A stretch of DNA of 63,952 bases, counting the filler, from Reclinomonas americana ATCC 50394 (Eukaryota): assembly GCA_048213135.1 (NCBI GenBank). It is 13 parts of 13 records of this genome, joined end to end, with 100 filler letters (N's around TTAATTAATTAA, not from the genome) between each part and the next. Parts side by side here need not be neighbours in the genome. Positions count along the whole stretch, not along the records: positions 3,838 to 18,922 come from AFZH01021662.1; positions 19,023 to 23,007 come from AFZH01021663.1; positions 23,108 to 25,216 come from AFZH01021664.1; positions 25,317 to 32,452 come from AFZH01021665.1; 9 more parts are not named here. One strand, given 5' to 3'. Made by a program: the position numbers and the translations under genes. Shown here piece after piece: positions 13,461 to 26,100 of this stretch. How positions within the stretch are numbered: position 1 is the first letter of the stretch; every line of letters starts with the position of its first letter. The notes below the pieces were generated by a model, which was not told where the DNA came from, did not search any database, and saw only the letters and a program-made list of their open reading frames with translations.

Positions 13461-13676
13461 TGAGCGCGCAGAAAGTGGAGTGAGAGAGACAAGTTGAGCT
13501 GTCCCTGCTGTAAATTTCACTAATTTCTCCGGCAAGAGCATGGGATGAAAGATGACCAAGCGCAGCGGCTGGCGGAACGTCGTTTACACCATTCATCCCA
13601 AAGTGCAATCAAAGCGTTGCCGAAACTGTTATTCAGTGTCGTCTTCGAATATCATCATCATCATCAATCACCATCT

Positions 13677-16385
13677 TCAATCAGCATCATCATCGTCCTC
13701 GCCCTCGCCCTCGCTTGCATCGTCGTCATATTCATCAACATCTCCGTGGGGCTCGTACGGCGGTTGCAGATCTGGTCTTGGTGCTGGCCTGACGTAAAGC
13801 ACAATGTGTATCCACACATCCGACGGCAGCGCCACGCCGACACCCCTCTGCAGCTTGTCGGCCAGCAGCATGTGGTAGATCTCGAACAGGAGCACTCGAT
13901 GCAGTGTGTCACGCGAGAGATCGCGCAGCACTCCACCCAGCGAGAGCGCTTGCACCAGAGGTGACATGGAATGGCACATTCGCATGCGGCGATACGAGCG
14001 TTTGGCATCCCCGACCACGAGGGCGTCGATAAGACGGCGCATCACAGCGGCCGTGGGTACCGCTGCCATGAAGGGAGACCACGTGTTCGTTCTCAGGCTT
14101 GCGTTTTCAGTCGGTGCAACGGCGCAGCTGAGTTGCACAAGTGGAAACGGAGCCGTGCGATCCAGCAGAACTTCGTCGGAGGCAAGAAGCTGCTGACACT
14201 GATTCGTCCACGTAGCGACTGGTCCCTCATGAATCGGGAAACGCAGTTCAAATGGATGATTGAACTGCGTGATACACTCCAAGATAAGCCAACATCGCAC
14301 ATCGCACACAACCATTCGCCGAATCACAAACCCTCGGCACCACTCCGGCCAGGCACCATAACGCAACCATTCGGTACTTGGCAGCTTGGAGGCGGCGCAC
14401 GTACAGCCCGCCGTGTCGATCGGCATTCCAGTCCTCCGTGCCGACGACGCCAAACACCTCGTGCACAACCATGCGGCGAAGCGAAGCAATGTCGGAATTA
14501 GAACAGCGGGCGAGCGCAGCGCTGCCGACCAGTGGACCCGCGAAGGGCAAACTCAGAAAGCGCCGCAAAAAGTCGTGTTGGTGTCGAAACACGAGCCAGC
14601 AGATCTCGAACGCCGAATAAAGGACGACGTTGAGCTCGCCGCGTCGGTTAGCCTCAGCAAGCACTATTGGAACAACGACGATGATCAGATCGTCCGTGGC
14701 GCCGCGAGCAAAAGTGACACAGTCCGCGAGGCACTTCGCGAGGTCTATCGTCTCCACGTGCGGACGATACCGCTCCCGTGCCAGAAACAACGGTACCATG
14801 ACATGATAGATTTCAAGCTGCAGCGCCACGCGGACGACAATATCTGGACTCACGACGCCTGCAACGAGGCGCGGCTCGTCGAGCAACATCTCCAGCACAT
14901 CCACACGCGTATTGCTGGAGTAACTGAGGCAGTCGAGCCACCAGATGCTGTCGGGACGGCGAGCACGGTCCACTTCCAACAACTTGCGCACAATGGAAAT
15001 GTAGTTACCATCTATAGCGGCTGCCAAAGCCTCCACAACAAACCGACTCCTAAAGTCTTTAGGCGGTTCGACATCGAGGCCCATGTAGTCAGCGTCCACG
15101 AGTGCACACGACACACCGCCGTTCTCGGTGCCGAACGGCGGACTGGTGCCAAAGTCGACTCCGTCGTACGACAGCAGGAGCGAAACCACATCCTCGTGTC
15201 CGTGCTGGCAAGCGAGCGCCAGCGCCAAGTTGCCAATGACTCCCACCTTCACGCGTGCATCGCCAAGCAGCGCCGTCACAATCTGTGTGTGGCCGCGAGA
15301 CGCTGCCTGCCGCAACGACCAGTAATGGCCGAATGCCGGGTCAGCCACGCCTGCCGCCAGCAACTCCTGCACCGCCGCCAGATTGCCGGTCGTGGCGGCC
15401 ATCTCGAGTTTCACCGACTCCACCATGTCGTTCAGTGACCATGATGAGCAGAGAGCATCGAGGATGGCCGCCTTTCCCGTCACGATGCAATGCCTCGTCA
15501 CGCCGGCAAGAATGTACTGCATCGACGGAGAATTGCAGTCCACCAGTCCGAGTTCGCCCAACAGCTGCACAGAGTCGGAGTCCGATATTACGACAGCCGC
15601 ACGCAGCGCCTCCAAGTGTGAAAAAGCGCTCAATGCACAGCGTAACAGCGGGAGTCCTCCGCGCTGTCGCAGCTCATCGACCATCATCCGCAGCCGACCG
15701 ACGGCCACTGCAGCGAGTGGCCACCACTCGCGCATTTGTGGGAAGACGTCTTGTTGAACCTCACGAAGAAGACTGACGACGGCGGCGTCGGTGGCCATCA
15801 GAATGCATTCAATGACTGCGGCGGCCACGAGCTGATAGTACTCGCGAATCCCTGTTCCACTCGCGAGTAGTTGTGCAGACGCGCGGCTGTACTCGTCGAG
15901 CATCTCCTGCACGCGTCCGTGGAGGGCGTGGTGCAGCAGCTGCGAAAATGGGCCAGCCTCCTGTGCGACAGGTGGCGAAGGGAAATCAGGGGGAAGAAAA
16001 CGGCAAAGGAGAAAGCAAAGGGGTGAAGGCAAAGGGGAAGGCAAAGGGGAAGGCAAAGGAGAAGGCAAAGGGGGGAAGGCAAAGGGGAAGGCAAAAGGGG
16101 AAGGCAAAGGGGAAGGCAAAGGGGGGAAGGCAAAGGGGAAGGCAAAGGGGGGAAGGCAAAGGGGAAGGCAAAGGGGAAGAGAGGAGAGCAGTGGAAGGAG
16201 TGTGTGCATGTGTGGTGCAGCTTGTGAGGCATCATGGAGTCGGGGAATGATTGAGAATGAGAGAACAAAGAGACCAGTCAAGGAGAGAAAGGGGTAACCA
16301 GCGAATGGCACAGCCGAGTTAGTGTGCGAGAAAGTGAGAGCGTGCGTGAGTGAGACTGTGTGTGTGTGCGCGTGTGTGTGTGTGA

Positions 16386-16418
<33 letters not shown>

Positions 16419-16844
16419 CTTGCACATACATGAGCGAGATGCCACAGAAGTGAGTGAGTGGAGAACAAGTAAAACGTGACGAATGCAAATGAAGAAAGGG
16501 ACGCGTGAATGTGTGGGAAAGAGACAAAGAGATGGCAGGCAGGGAGCACGGAACAAGAGAACAGGCAGATAGAGAGTTACAAGAAGGTCAGAAAGACTGA
16601 AAAAAAGCGGTGTGCGTGTGCGAGAGAGGAATCTCCAATGCTCTCTCCCACACACTCCCCCCACGACACACAAACACACCTCACACGACACAACACCATC
16701 GGCAGCGTCGCGTAACATCTTGCAAGCACGATCCACCGACTTGCTCAGAGCATTGACCGTGCATGTTAGAGGCAGAGCCGAATGGGAGCAAGTTTGCAAC
16801 TTCTCCACACGCTCCTTACACCACGTGGCAAACGGCGACGACAT
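13677..16844 (-). CDS. Ankyrin-repeat protein, copy 2 (exons 16844-16680, 15960-14332, 14264-13677)
   Basis: Paralog of copy 1 with the same intron positions. A 67-nt intron (GTTTGT...CAG) explains the apparent frameshift. Confidence 0.85.
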
Positions 16845-17059
16845 TGAGCGCGCAAAGTGGAGTGAGAAATTGAGTTGTCCACAGGCTGATGTAAATTTCA
16901 CGGGTTTCTCCGACAAGACTTGGAGAGGAAAGGCGATGATCAAGCGCAGCGGCTGGCGGAGCGTCGTGTACACCATTCATCTCAAAGTGCAATCAATGCA
17001 TTGCCGAACTGTTATTCAGTGTCGTCTTCGAATATCATCATCAATCACCATCGATATCT

Positions 17060-18922
17060 TCAATCAGCATCATCATCGTCCTCGCCCTCGCCCTCGCCCT
17101 CGCCCTCGCCTGCATCGTCGTAATATTCATCAACATCCCCGTAGGGCTCGTACGGCGGTTCCAGATCTGGTCTTGGTGCTGGCCTGACGTAAAGCACAAT
17201 GTGTATCCACACATCCGACGGCAGCGCCACGCCGACACCCCTCTGCAGCTTCTCGGCCAGCAGCACGTGGTAGATCTCGAACAGGAGCACTCGATGCAGT
17301 GTGTCACGTGAGAGATCGCGCAGCACTCCACCCAGCGAGAGCGCTTGCACCAGAGGTGACTCGGAATGGCACATTCGCATGCGGCGATACGAGCGTTTGG
17401 CATCCCCGTCCACGAGGAGATCGGTGAGACGGCGCATCACAGCGGCCGTGGGTACCGATGCCACGTAGGGAGACCACGTGTTCGTTCTCAGGCTTGCGTT
17501 TCCAGTCGGTGCAACGGCGCAGCTGAGTTGCACAAGTGGGAACGGAGCCGTGCGATCCAGCAGAACTTCGTCCGAGTCGAGAAGCTGCTGGCATTGATTC
17601 GTCCACGCAGCGACTGGTCCCTCATGAATCGGGAAATGCAGTTCGAATGGATGGTTGAACTGCATGATAACCACCAAGATAAGCCAACATCGCACATCGC
17701 ACACAACGCAGCACTACCTTGCGTCGAATCACAAACCTCCGGCACCACTCCAGCCAGGCACCAAAACGCCACCATTCGGTACTTGGCAGCTTGGAGGCGG
17801 CGCACGTAGAGCCCGCCGTATCGATCGGCATTCCAGTCATCCGTCCCGACGACGCCGAGCACTTCGTGCACACCCATGCGGCGAAGCGAAGCAAAGTCGG
17901 CCATCGAGCAGCGCGCGAGCGCGGCGTTGTTGACCAGTGGACCCACGAACGGCAAAGTCAGGAAGAAACGCACAAAGTCGTGTTGATGTCGCATGTCGCC
18001 CCAGCAGATCTCGAACGCCAAAGAAAGGACGACTGCTAGCTCGCCGCGTCGATCCGCCTCAGCGAGCACTGCTGGTACAGTACCGACGATTGGATCTTCT
18101 GCGCACCCGCTACAGCGAGCAAAAGTGACACAGTCGGTGAGACATCTCGCGAGGTCCATCATCTCCACGTGCGGACGATACCGCTCTCGCGTCAGAAGCT
18201 GCGGTACCATGACACGGTATGCTTCAAACTCCAGCGCAACGCCGACGACAATATGTGGACTCACGACGCCTGCTACGAGGCGCGGCTCGTCGAGCAACAA
18301 CTCCAACACCTCTGCATGCTCATCGTGGGCGCGATCAAGGTAGCGAAGCCACCAAACGCGGTCGGGGCAGCGAGCACGGTCCACCTCCAACAACTTGCGC
18401 ACAATGGACAGGTGATTTCCGCTAACAGCAGCCCCCAGGGCCTCATCAATTAACGCAGGTGAACTAAAGTTCCAATGCGGATCAACATCGAGGCCCACGT
18501 AGTCAGCGTCCACGAGTACACATGACATACCGCCGCTCTCGGTGCCACTCAGAGGACTAACGCCGAAATAGACTCCCTCGCACGACAACAGGAGCGCAAC
18601 AATATCCTCGTGTCCGTGCTGGCACGCGAGCGCCAGCGCCAAATTGCCAATCACTCCAATATCCACGCGTGCATCACCAAGCAGCGCCGTCACAATCTGC
18701 GTGTGTCCGCGAGATGCAGCCTGCCGCAGCGACCAGTAATGGCCGAATGCCGGATCCGCCACGCCCACCGCCAGCAGCTCCTGCACCGCCGCCACATTGC
18801 CGGTCGTGGCGGCCATCTCGAGCTTCACCGACTCCAGCATGTCGTTCAGTGACCATGAAGTGGAGAGAGCATCGAGGATGGCCGCCTTTCCCGTCACGAT
18901 GCAATGCCTCGTCGCGCCAGCG
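17060..18922 (-). CDS. Ankyrin-repeat protein, copy 3 (5' part lost in gap)
   Basis: Paralogous ORF segments, the conserved GTTTGT...CAG intron and the same C-terminus. Confidence 0.82.
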
Positions 18923-19022
18923 NNNNNNNNNNNNNNNNNNNNNNNNNNNNNNNNNNNNNNNNNNNNTTAATTAATTAANNNNNNNNNNNNNNNNNNNNNN
19001 NNNNNNNNNNNNNNNNNNNNNN

Positions 19023-20518
19023 GGCACTTCGCGAGGACTATCGTCTCCACGTGCGGACGATAACGCTCCCGTGCCAGAGAAAACGGTACCATGATATGGT
19101 AGATTTCATGCTGCAGCGCCACGCGGACGACGGTGTCTGGACTCTCCACGCCCGCAACGAGGCGCGGCTCGTCGAGCAACATCTCCAACACATCCACACG
19201 CGTATTGTTGGAGTAGCTGAGGCAGTTGAGCCACAAGATGCTGTCGGGACGGCGAGCACGGTCCACTTCCAACAACTTGCGCACAATGGAAATGTGGTTC
19301 CCATCTATAGCGGCTGCCAAAGCCTCCTCAACAAACCGACTCCTTAAGTTCGGAGGCGGTTCGACATGGAGGCCCAAGTAGTCAGCGTCTACGAGTGCAC
19401 ACGACACACCGCCGTTCTCGGTGCCACTCAGAAAACTAAAGCCGAAATCGACTTCCTCGCACGACAACAGGAGCGCAACAATATCCTCGTGTCCGCCTTT
19501 GCAGGCGAGCGACAGCACCAAGTTACCAATGACGCCCACATCAACGCGTGCGTCACCAAGCAGCGCCGTCACAATCTGCGTGTGGCCACGAGACGCTGCC
19601 TGCCGCAGCGACCAATAATGGCCGAATGCCGGGTCAGCCACGCCTGCCGCCAGCAGCTCCTGCACCGCCGCCAGATTGCCGGTCGTGGCGGCCATCTCGA
19701 GCTTCACCGACTCCACCATGTCGTTCAATGACCATGATGAGCAGAGAGCATCGAGGATGGCCGTCTTTCCCGTCACGATGCAATGCCTCGTCACGCCGGC
19801 AAGCATGTATTGCATCGACGGAGAATTGCAGTCTACCAGTCCAAGCTGGCCCAACAGCTGCACAGAGTCGGAGTCCGACAGGGCGACGGCCACATGCAGC
19901 ACCTCCGAGAGCGAATACGCACTCAATGCACAGCGTACCAACGCGATCCCCCCACGCTCCCCAACAATGTCGGTCACCATCCGCAGGCGACCGACCGCCA
20001 GCGCGACGAACGGCCACTCGAACATGTGCCGGAAGACGTCTTGTTGAACCTCGCGAAGAAGACTGACGACGGCGGCATCGGTGGCCACCAAGATGCAGTC
20101 AGCGACAGCGGCGGCCACGAGCAGATAGTACTCGCGAATCCCTGTTCCACTCGCGAGTAGTTGTGCAGACGCGCGGCTGTACTCGTCGATCATCTCCTGC
20201 ACGCGTCCGTAGAGGGCGTGGTGCAGCATCTGCGAAAATGGGCCAGCCTCCTGCAAGGTGGCGAAGGGGGATGAGGGGGAAGAGAGGAGGGAGTAGAAAG
20301 GAGGGAAGAGAAGGGGGGAAGGAGAAGGAGAGGAGAGAAGAGGAGCGGAAGGAGTGTGTGCGTGTGTGGTGCAGCTTGTGAGCCATCATGGAGTCGGGGA
20401 ATGATTGAGAATGAGAGAACACAAAGAGACCAGTCAAGGAGAGAGAGGGGGTAACCAGACAATGGCATGTAGCTGAGTTAGTGTGCGAGAAAGTGAGAGC
20501 GTGAGTGAGTACGTGAGT

Positions 20519-20573
<55 letters not shown>

Positions 20574-21012
20574 AGAGAGAGAAAGAGCTTGCACACTTGT
20601 GAGCGAGATGCCACAGAAGAAGTGAGTGAGAAATAAGAACAACGCAACGAATGCAAATGAAGAAAGGGACGCGTGAATGTGTGGGAAAGAGACAAAGAGA
20701 TGGCAGGGGAGGAAGCACGGAACAAGAAAACAGGCAGCTAGAGAGTTACAAGAAGGTCAGAAAGACTGAAAGAAAGCGGTGTGCGTGTGCGAGAGAGGAA
20801 TCTCCGATGCTCTCTCCCACACACTCCCCCACGACACACAAACACACCTCACACGACACAGCACCATTGGCAGCGTCGTTTAACATCTTGCAAGCACGAT
20901 CCACCGACTTGCTCAGAGCATTGGCCGTGCATGTTAGAGGCAGAGCCGAATGGGAGCAAGTTTGCAACTTCTCCACACGCTCCTTGCACCACGTGGCAAA
21001 CGGCGACGACAT
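19023..21012 (-). CDS. Ankyrin-repeat protein, copy 4 (3' part lost in gap; exon 1 21012-20848, exon 2 from 20250)
   Basis: MSSPFATWCKER first exon. The region it shares with copy 3 differs in sequence, so it is a separate copy. Confidence 0.82.
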
Positions 21013-21072
21013 TGAGCGCGCAGAAAGTGAAAGTTGATTTGTCAATTGAAACTTCATGTGAGTTCCTCGATA

Positions 21073-23121
21073 TCACCTCCCAGGTCTCTTTGGCGACATG
21101 ACCGGCGGCGCGGCAGCCGTGCGCGCCTCTCGGAACGACGCCGACGTGGGCGTAGTGGGCGACATGGGAGACAACTGCTCGTCGTCGGCCTCCACTTCGT
21201 ACGCAAAGCCGACTTGCCTTGCGCGTCGCTCCGTGACACGGCCCGCACGCAGCGGCGTCGGAAGCGGTTCCATGAACGCTGAGCCGGCGTCTGACGTGGC
21301 GTCGCCTGCCGACGACTCGGCGCCCTCCCCGCCCTCGGTCGACCGCGCGCCCTTGCTGCTGGTTGGTCTGCGCGATTCGCGACTGCCGGGGCGCATGGCA
21401 CCGCTGCCACCAATGGTGATGCTGCCGGCTGATGATGGTCGCGGCACAAACGAGACAGCCGACGGAGGCGATCGGTGCAGTCCTGCGCTGTCGCCGCGCC
21501 CCGCCGACTGCGGCCTCAGCACGCCCACTGGAGGCGCAGCGCCCAGGTCGGGTGGCGCCGGGGCCGCACCGACCACAGCAGCGATTGTGCCGTCCACTGC
21601 GACGGCACGTGCCGTCGATGAGGACGACGAGGACGCCGTGGTGGTGGTGCGTGTGGTGGCCGACGCTCCGGCCGCTGCCGACGGTGCGGCTGCAGCTGCA
21701 GCTGCAGCTCCCATGCCATCGATGCTGTCGGGCGGTTCGGTGCGGAAGCCGGACGATTGGGAGATGGGTCGCAGTTGGATGAGAGAGGAGCGGGGTTTGA
21801 AGATTTCGAATTCGTCTTCGTTGGGGAGCAGTTCTTCCCTGTGTGGGGGTGAGGGGAAGGGGGTGAGGGGAGAAGGGGGATGAGGGGAAGGGGATGAGGG
21901 AGAAGGGGGTGAGGGGGACAAGGGGAGAGAGAGAGATAGGTGTAGGAGACGAGGAGAGCGAGAGACAAGGAGAGCGAGAGACAAGGAGAGCGAGAGACAA
22001 GGAGAGCGAGAGACAAGGAGAGCGAGAGACAAGGAGAGCGAGAGACAAGGAGAGGGAGAGACAAGGAGAGGGAGGCGAGGAGAGGGAGGCGAGGAGGAGG
22101 GACTTCCTTTTCTCCTTCTTTCTTGTGAATGGAAAAAGGCACATGAAGGAGAAGGGACTTTCTGTTTCTTTTTTGAATTGAGAAGAGAGGAGCCGAAGGC
22201 GACTCTCTTCTCTTAGAAAGGAGGGAGAGGCACCTCCTTTCTCACTCATCAAGAAAGAGAGGAAAGAAAATCAGTCCCTCTCTCGTCAAGAATGAGAAGA
22301 AAGAAAATCAGTCTCTCTCTCTAATCAAGAAAGAGAAGAAAGAAAATCAGTCTTTCTCATCAAGAAAGAGAAGAAAGATAATCAGTCTCTCCCTCACTCA
22401 TCAAGAAAGAGAATAAAGAAAATCAGTCTCTCTCTCACTCATCAAGAAAGAGAAGAAAGAAAATCAGTGTCTCTCACTCATCAAGAGATGGAGAATAAGA
22501 CAACGAGGGAGGTGGGCAGACAGAGAGAATGACACACTGTCAAGTGGTTAACTTGGTTGTCATGTATGTCTATGAGTACATGCAGATGGAGATCTGACGA
22601 TGCGCGAAACTGCGACAGTGACGCGCGACCAGACTCACTGGAGAAGCACAAAACAGTGACGACAAACAGGAAAAGAGAAGAAAGAGGAGGAGGAGAGACA
22701 ACGCAGGAGAGATACGAGTTCAGAAACAAGCAAGATGACAGGAGCTCAAGGAGAAAAAGCACCAAAGGATGCAAAGAAGTTCGAGACGGAAAGAAGAATG
22801 CAATCATGTTCTCTCTATTGTCTGTTTCTTCCACTGCTGCCATTTTGCTTGTCTTTTCCTGACTTGTGCTTCTCAATGCTTGTTTTCTATTCAACTGTAT
22901 CTTGCGTTCTCTGAATTCGTCGTCGGTCTCTACTTCTCATCCTCTCTCCTTGTTGTCCAATTCCTATCACTTTCGCTTTCCCTTATTCAAGGCACACAGG
23001 GGATAGGNNNNNNNNNNNNNNNNNNNNNNNNNNNNNNNNNNNNNNNNNNNNTTAATTAATTAANNNNNNNNNNNNNNNNNNNNNNNNNNNNNNNNNNNNN
23101 NNNNNNNCTCTCTCTCTACTT

Positions 23122-23189
<68 letters not shown>

Positions 23190-26100
23190 TCTCTCTCTCT
23201 TCTCTCTCTCTTCTCTCTCTTTCTCTCTCTATTTCTCTCCCTTTTTCTCTCTGTCTCTCCCTTTTTCTCTCGCTCTCTCTGTCTCTCTCTATTTCTCTCT
23301 CTCTGTCTCTCTCCCTTTCTCTTTCTCTTTCCCTTCTCCTTCCCCTCAACAAGACGCAACTGATCCGGCAACTCCTCGCCATCCACATACGCACGCTCCA
23401 AGTGATCGCACATCTGCAGAAACTCCTGCTCGAGGGCCTCCAGTGCCTCCACATCCATGCCGTCCATGTCCACGCCTGTCACGCAATGAGCCAATTGGCG
23501 TCCATTCGCATTCCCTCTTCCACCACTCACCTCGCAACGACGGCAACCGCTTGATGGCGGTATTCGTCAAATTCTCATACTCCTCCCTCACCAGGCGGTA
23601 CTGCTCGTACAGAGAATCACCGCGCTCCTGAATGTAGTCCAACTCGGCGTCGATTTCCTGCACGACAGGATGAGCATTCCATGTCACACAACGCAAGGCA
23701 ATGTACACAAACGAAACTCCCATCTCCTCATCCACTCGTGCACGACTCTCGCGAATGCCAGCCTGCCGCACGTACTCTTTCTCGATCCACTCGGCATTGC
23801 GTACGGCTGCAGTCTCTTGCTCCTCCAGCCCGTGCGCCTCGGCGGTGGTCTGAAGCAGGAAGAATGAGAGGTGAGAATGTAGAGTGAGGAAGGGAAGGGA
23901 AGAGAAAGAGAGTAACAGACCTGCTCCAGCTCCTCCTCCAGGACCTTCAGCTTGGCCTCCAGTCGGTCGTTCTTGGCAATGATCTCGGCGACTGGAAAAG
24001 TGGCAAAGAGAATCGATGGTGAGAGGAGAGATAAAAAGGGGAGAGGGTGGAAGAGATGAGAAGAGAAGCGCGGATCAGAGCAAGATGCACTGCCTGTGCT
24101 GATTGGAGTGTCCCTAAATCACCCAACGCAACTCGCTTTCTTGTTCTTCTTCTCCTTGGCCAGCTTTTGCTTCAAAAACTCATTGTACATGGCCTCCAGC
24201 TCCTCCATTTGTTTCTGCTCTTGCTCCGACAGTGCTCTCTCCAGCGCCTCCGTCTGCACGCAATACAATCAATCAAATATCCAACATGTTGTCACTGTGC
24301 TTTCTCGCAAACCTTGGCGATGTCCACACGCCGCAACGACTGCAGCATGGTGCTCTTCAGTTCGTCCATTTTCGGCATCGGCAAGTCGTCCATATCGAGG
24401 CCCTGCATTACTCGAGCGGCCTTGGAGGATGAGTCGAGCTGCTCGCGGAGTTCTGTGTTGCGGGCGCGCATTCGCTGCACTTGTTCCTGCAATGGGGAGA
24501 AAGAATGAAAAACAAGAATAGAATATAGAGAACATCGACTCCCTCACGGCCATCTCTCTCCCCCTATTGCACCTTGATGCGATTCAATTCCTCCTCTGCC
24601 ATTGAAGCCTTGGTGACGGCGGCATTGGCCTTTTCTGCGGCTGCTACCTTGCTGGTGATCTCCTCTGCGCATCACCAATGGTCAGTCTTTCCTTACCAAA
24701 AAAAGAGTGAGACTACGACGCGTAACTGGAGTCTGTATACTGCTCCAACACCTCCTTGGAGAGAATGGAGGGCGCCAGCACAATGTACGAGTGTCGAGCA
24801 CCGGCCGCACACCCAATGACTTCACGCTGTCGAAGCAAGCGCACTTCTCGTGGTGCCTTCACATTATTATTGTCGGCGTGTCCCAGCTGTCCGTGCTTGC
24901 CAAAGCCCCACGAGAAGACGCGATTGTCGGCTGCGGAGTTGAGGAAGGGCGTGAGACGGAGAAAGCAATGAAGAAAATAGGAAAGAAACCGACAAACCCG
25001 TTGTGACCAGTGTGTGAAAGGCGGCAGAACTGGTGGCCACCTGCACGACCTTGTAGGCCGCCAGACCGTCGATTTTGCGTGGCGCAAAGGCGTTTTCCGA
25101 GTCACCGTGGCCCAGGCGCCCGCTGTTGCCGTAGCCGAAGGAGAACAGGAGGCCAGAGTCTGTGAATTGCGGGGGAAGAAGGGAAGGGGAAGGGGGGAAG
25201 GGGTGAGGGGGGAAGGNNNNNNNNNNNNNNNNNNNNNNNNNNNNNNNNNNNNNNNNNNNNTTAATTAATTAANNNNNNNNNNNNNNNNNNNNNNNNNNNN
25301 NNNNNNNNNNNNNNNNTCAGCTTGGGCGAGTGGTGCTCCGTGGTGTCACCCGTGCCCAGTTGTCCTGCACCATCCAAAATGAGGCCTCTTCTGTCCATCG
25401 CCACCAGCAACAAGCAGCAGGCGCACCTGAGCTGTTGTTTCCCCACGCCCACACGTCACCGGCATCGGTACACGCCAAGCAAAAGTCCCACCCGCACGCC
25501 ACTCGTAAAATGCCCGAGCCCTCCAGGTCGTGCACCACTGTCGGCTCAAACACATCTGTCTGGTGCCCGAGGCCGAGTTGACCAAAGAAGTTCGACCCGC
25601 ACATTAGCAAATCGCCGACCTCTGCACGGAGGAGAAGTGGTGAACATCAACTGGAAGATGTCTCCTACTCTAATGCTCAGCAAACCTGTGAGAATGGCAG
25701 TGAAATCGGCACCGCAGCCGACAAACTTGGGTTTCCGTCGCACTTCGGTGAGACCAGGCACCAGCTGTGGAATCGGCTGCACCGGCTGCGTCAGCTGGCC
25801 GAGTCCGAGAGCGCCCTTGATGGTTTGGCCCCATGAAAAGAGCTGTCGGTCCTCTGCGAAATGATGGGTGAGTGGAGAGGCAAACGATGGAGAGGTAGGG
25901 TCGACGGAACCTGTCAAGGCCAGTGCGTGACTCGTGCCGGTGGCGAGCATGGTGACTTTCTCCGCCTCCAGGTGATTCATCGGGGTGAATTGGTTGATCT
26001 GTGGGGAGGGCAAAGGGGAGGGAAGGGGGTGAGAAGGCAAGGGGGTGAGAAGGTGAAGGGGGTGGAAGGCAAGGGAGGGGGGGAAGGCAAAGGGGGTGAG

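Noticed and set aside
14265..14331. Apparent frameshifts (pseudogenisation) in ankyrin copies 2 and 3
   Set aside because: A conserved GTTTGT...CAG intron lies here. It is 72 nt and in-frame in copy 1, which hides it.
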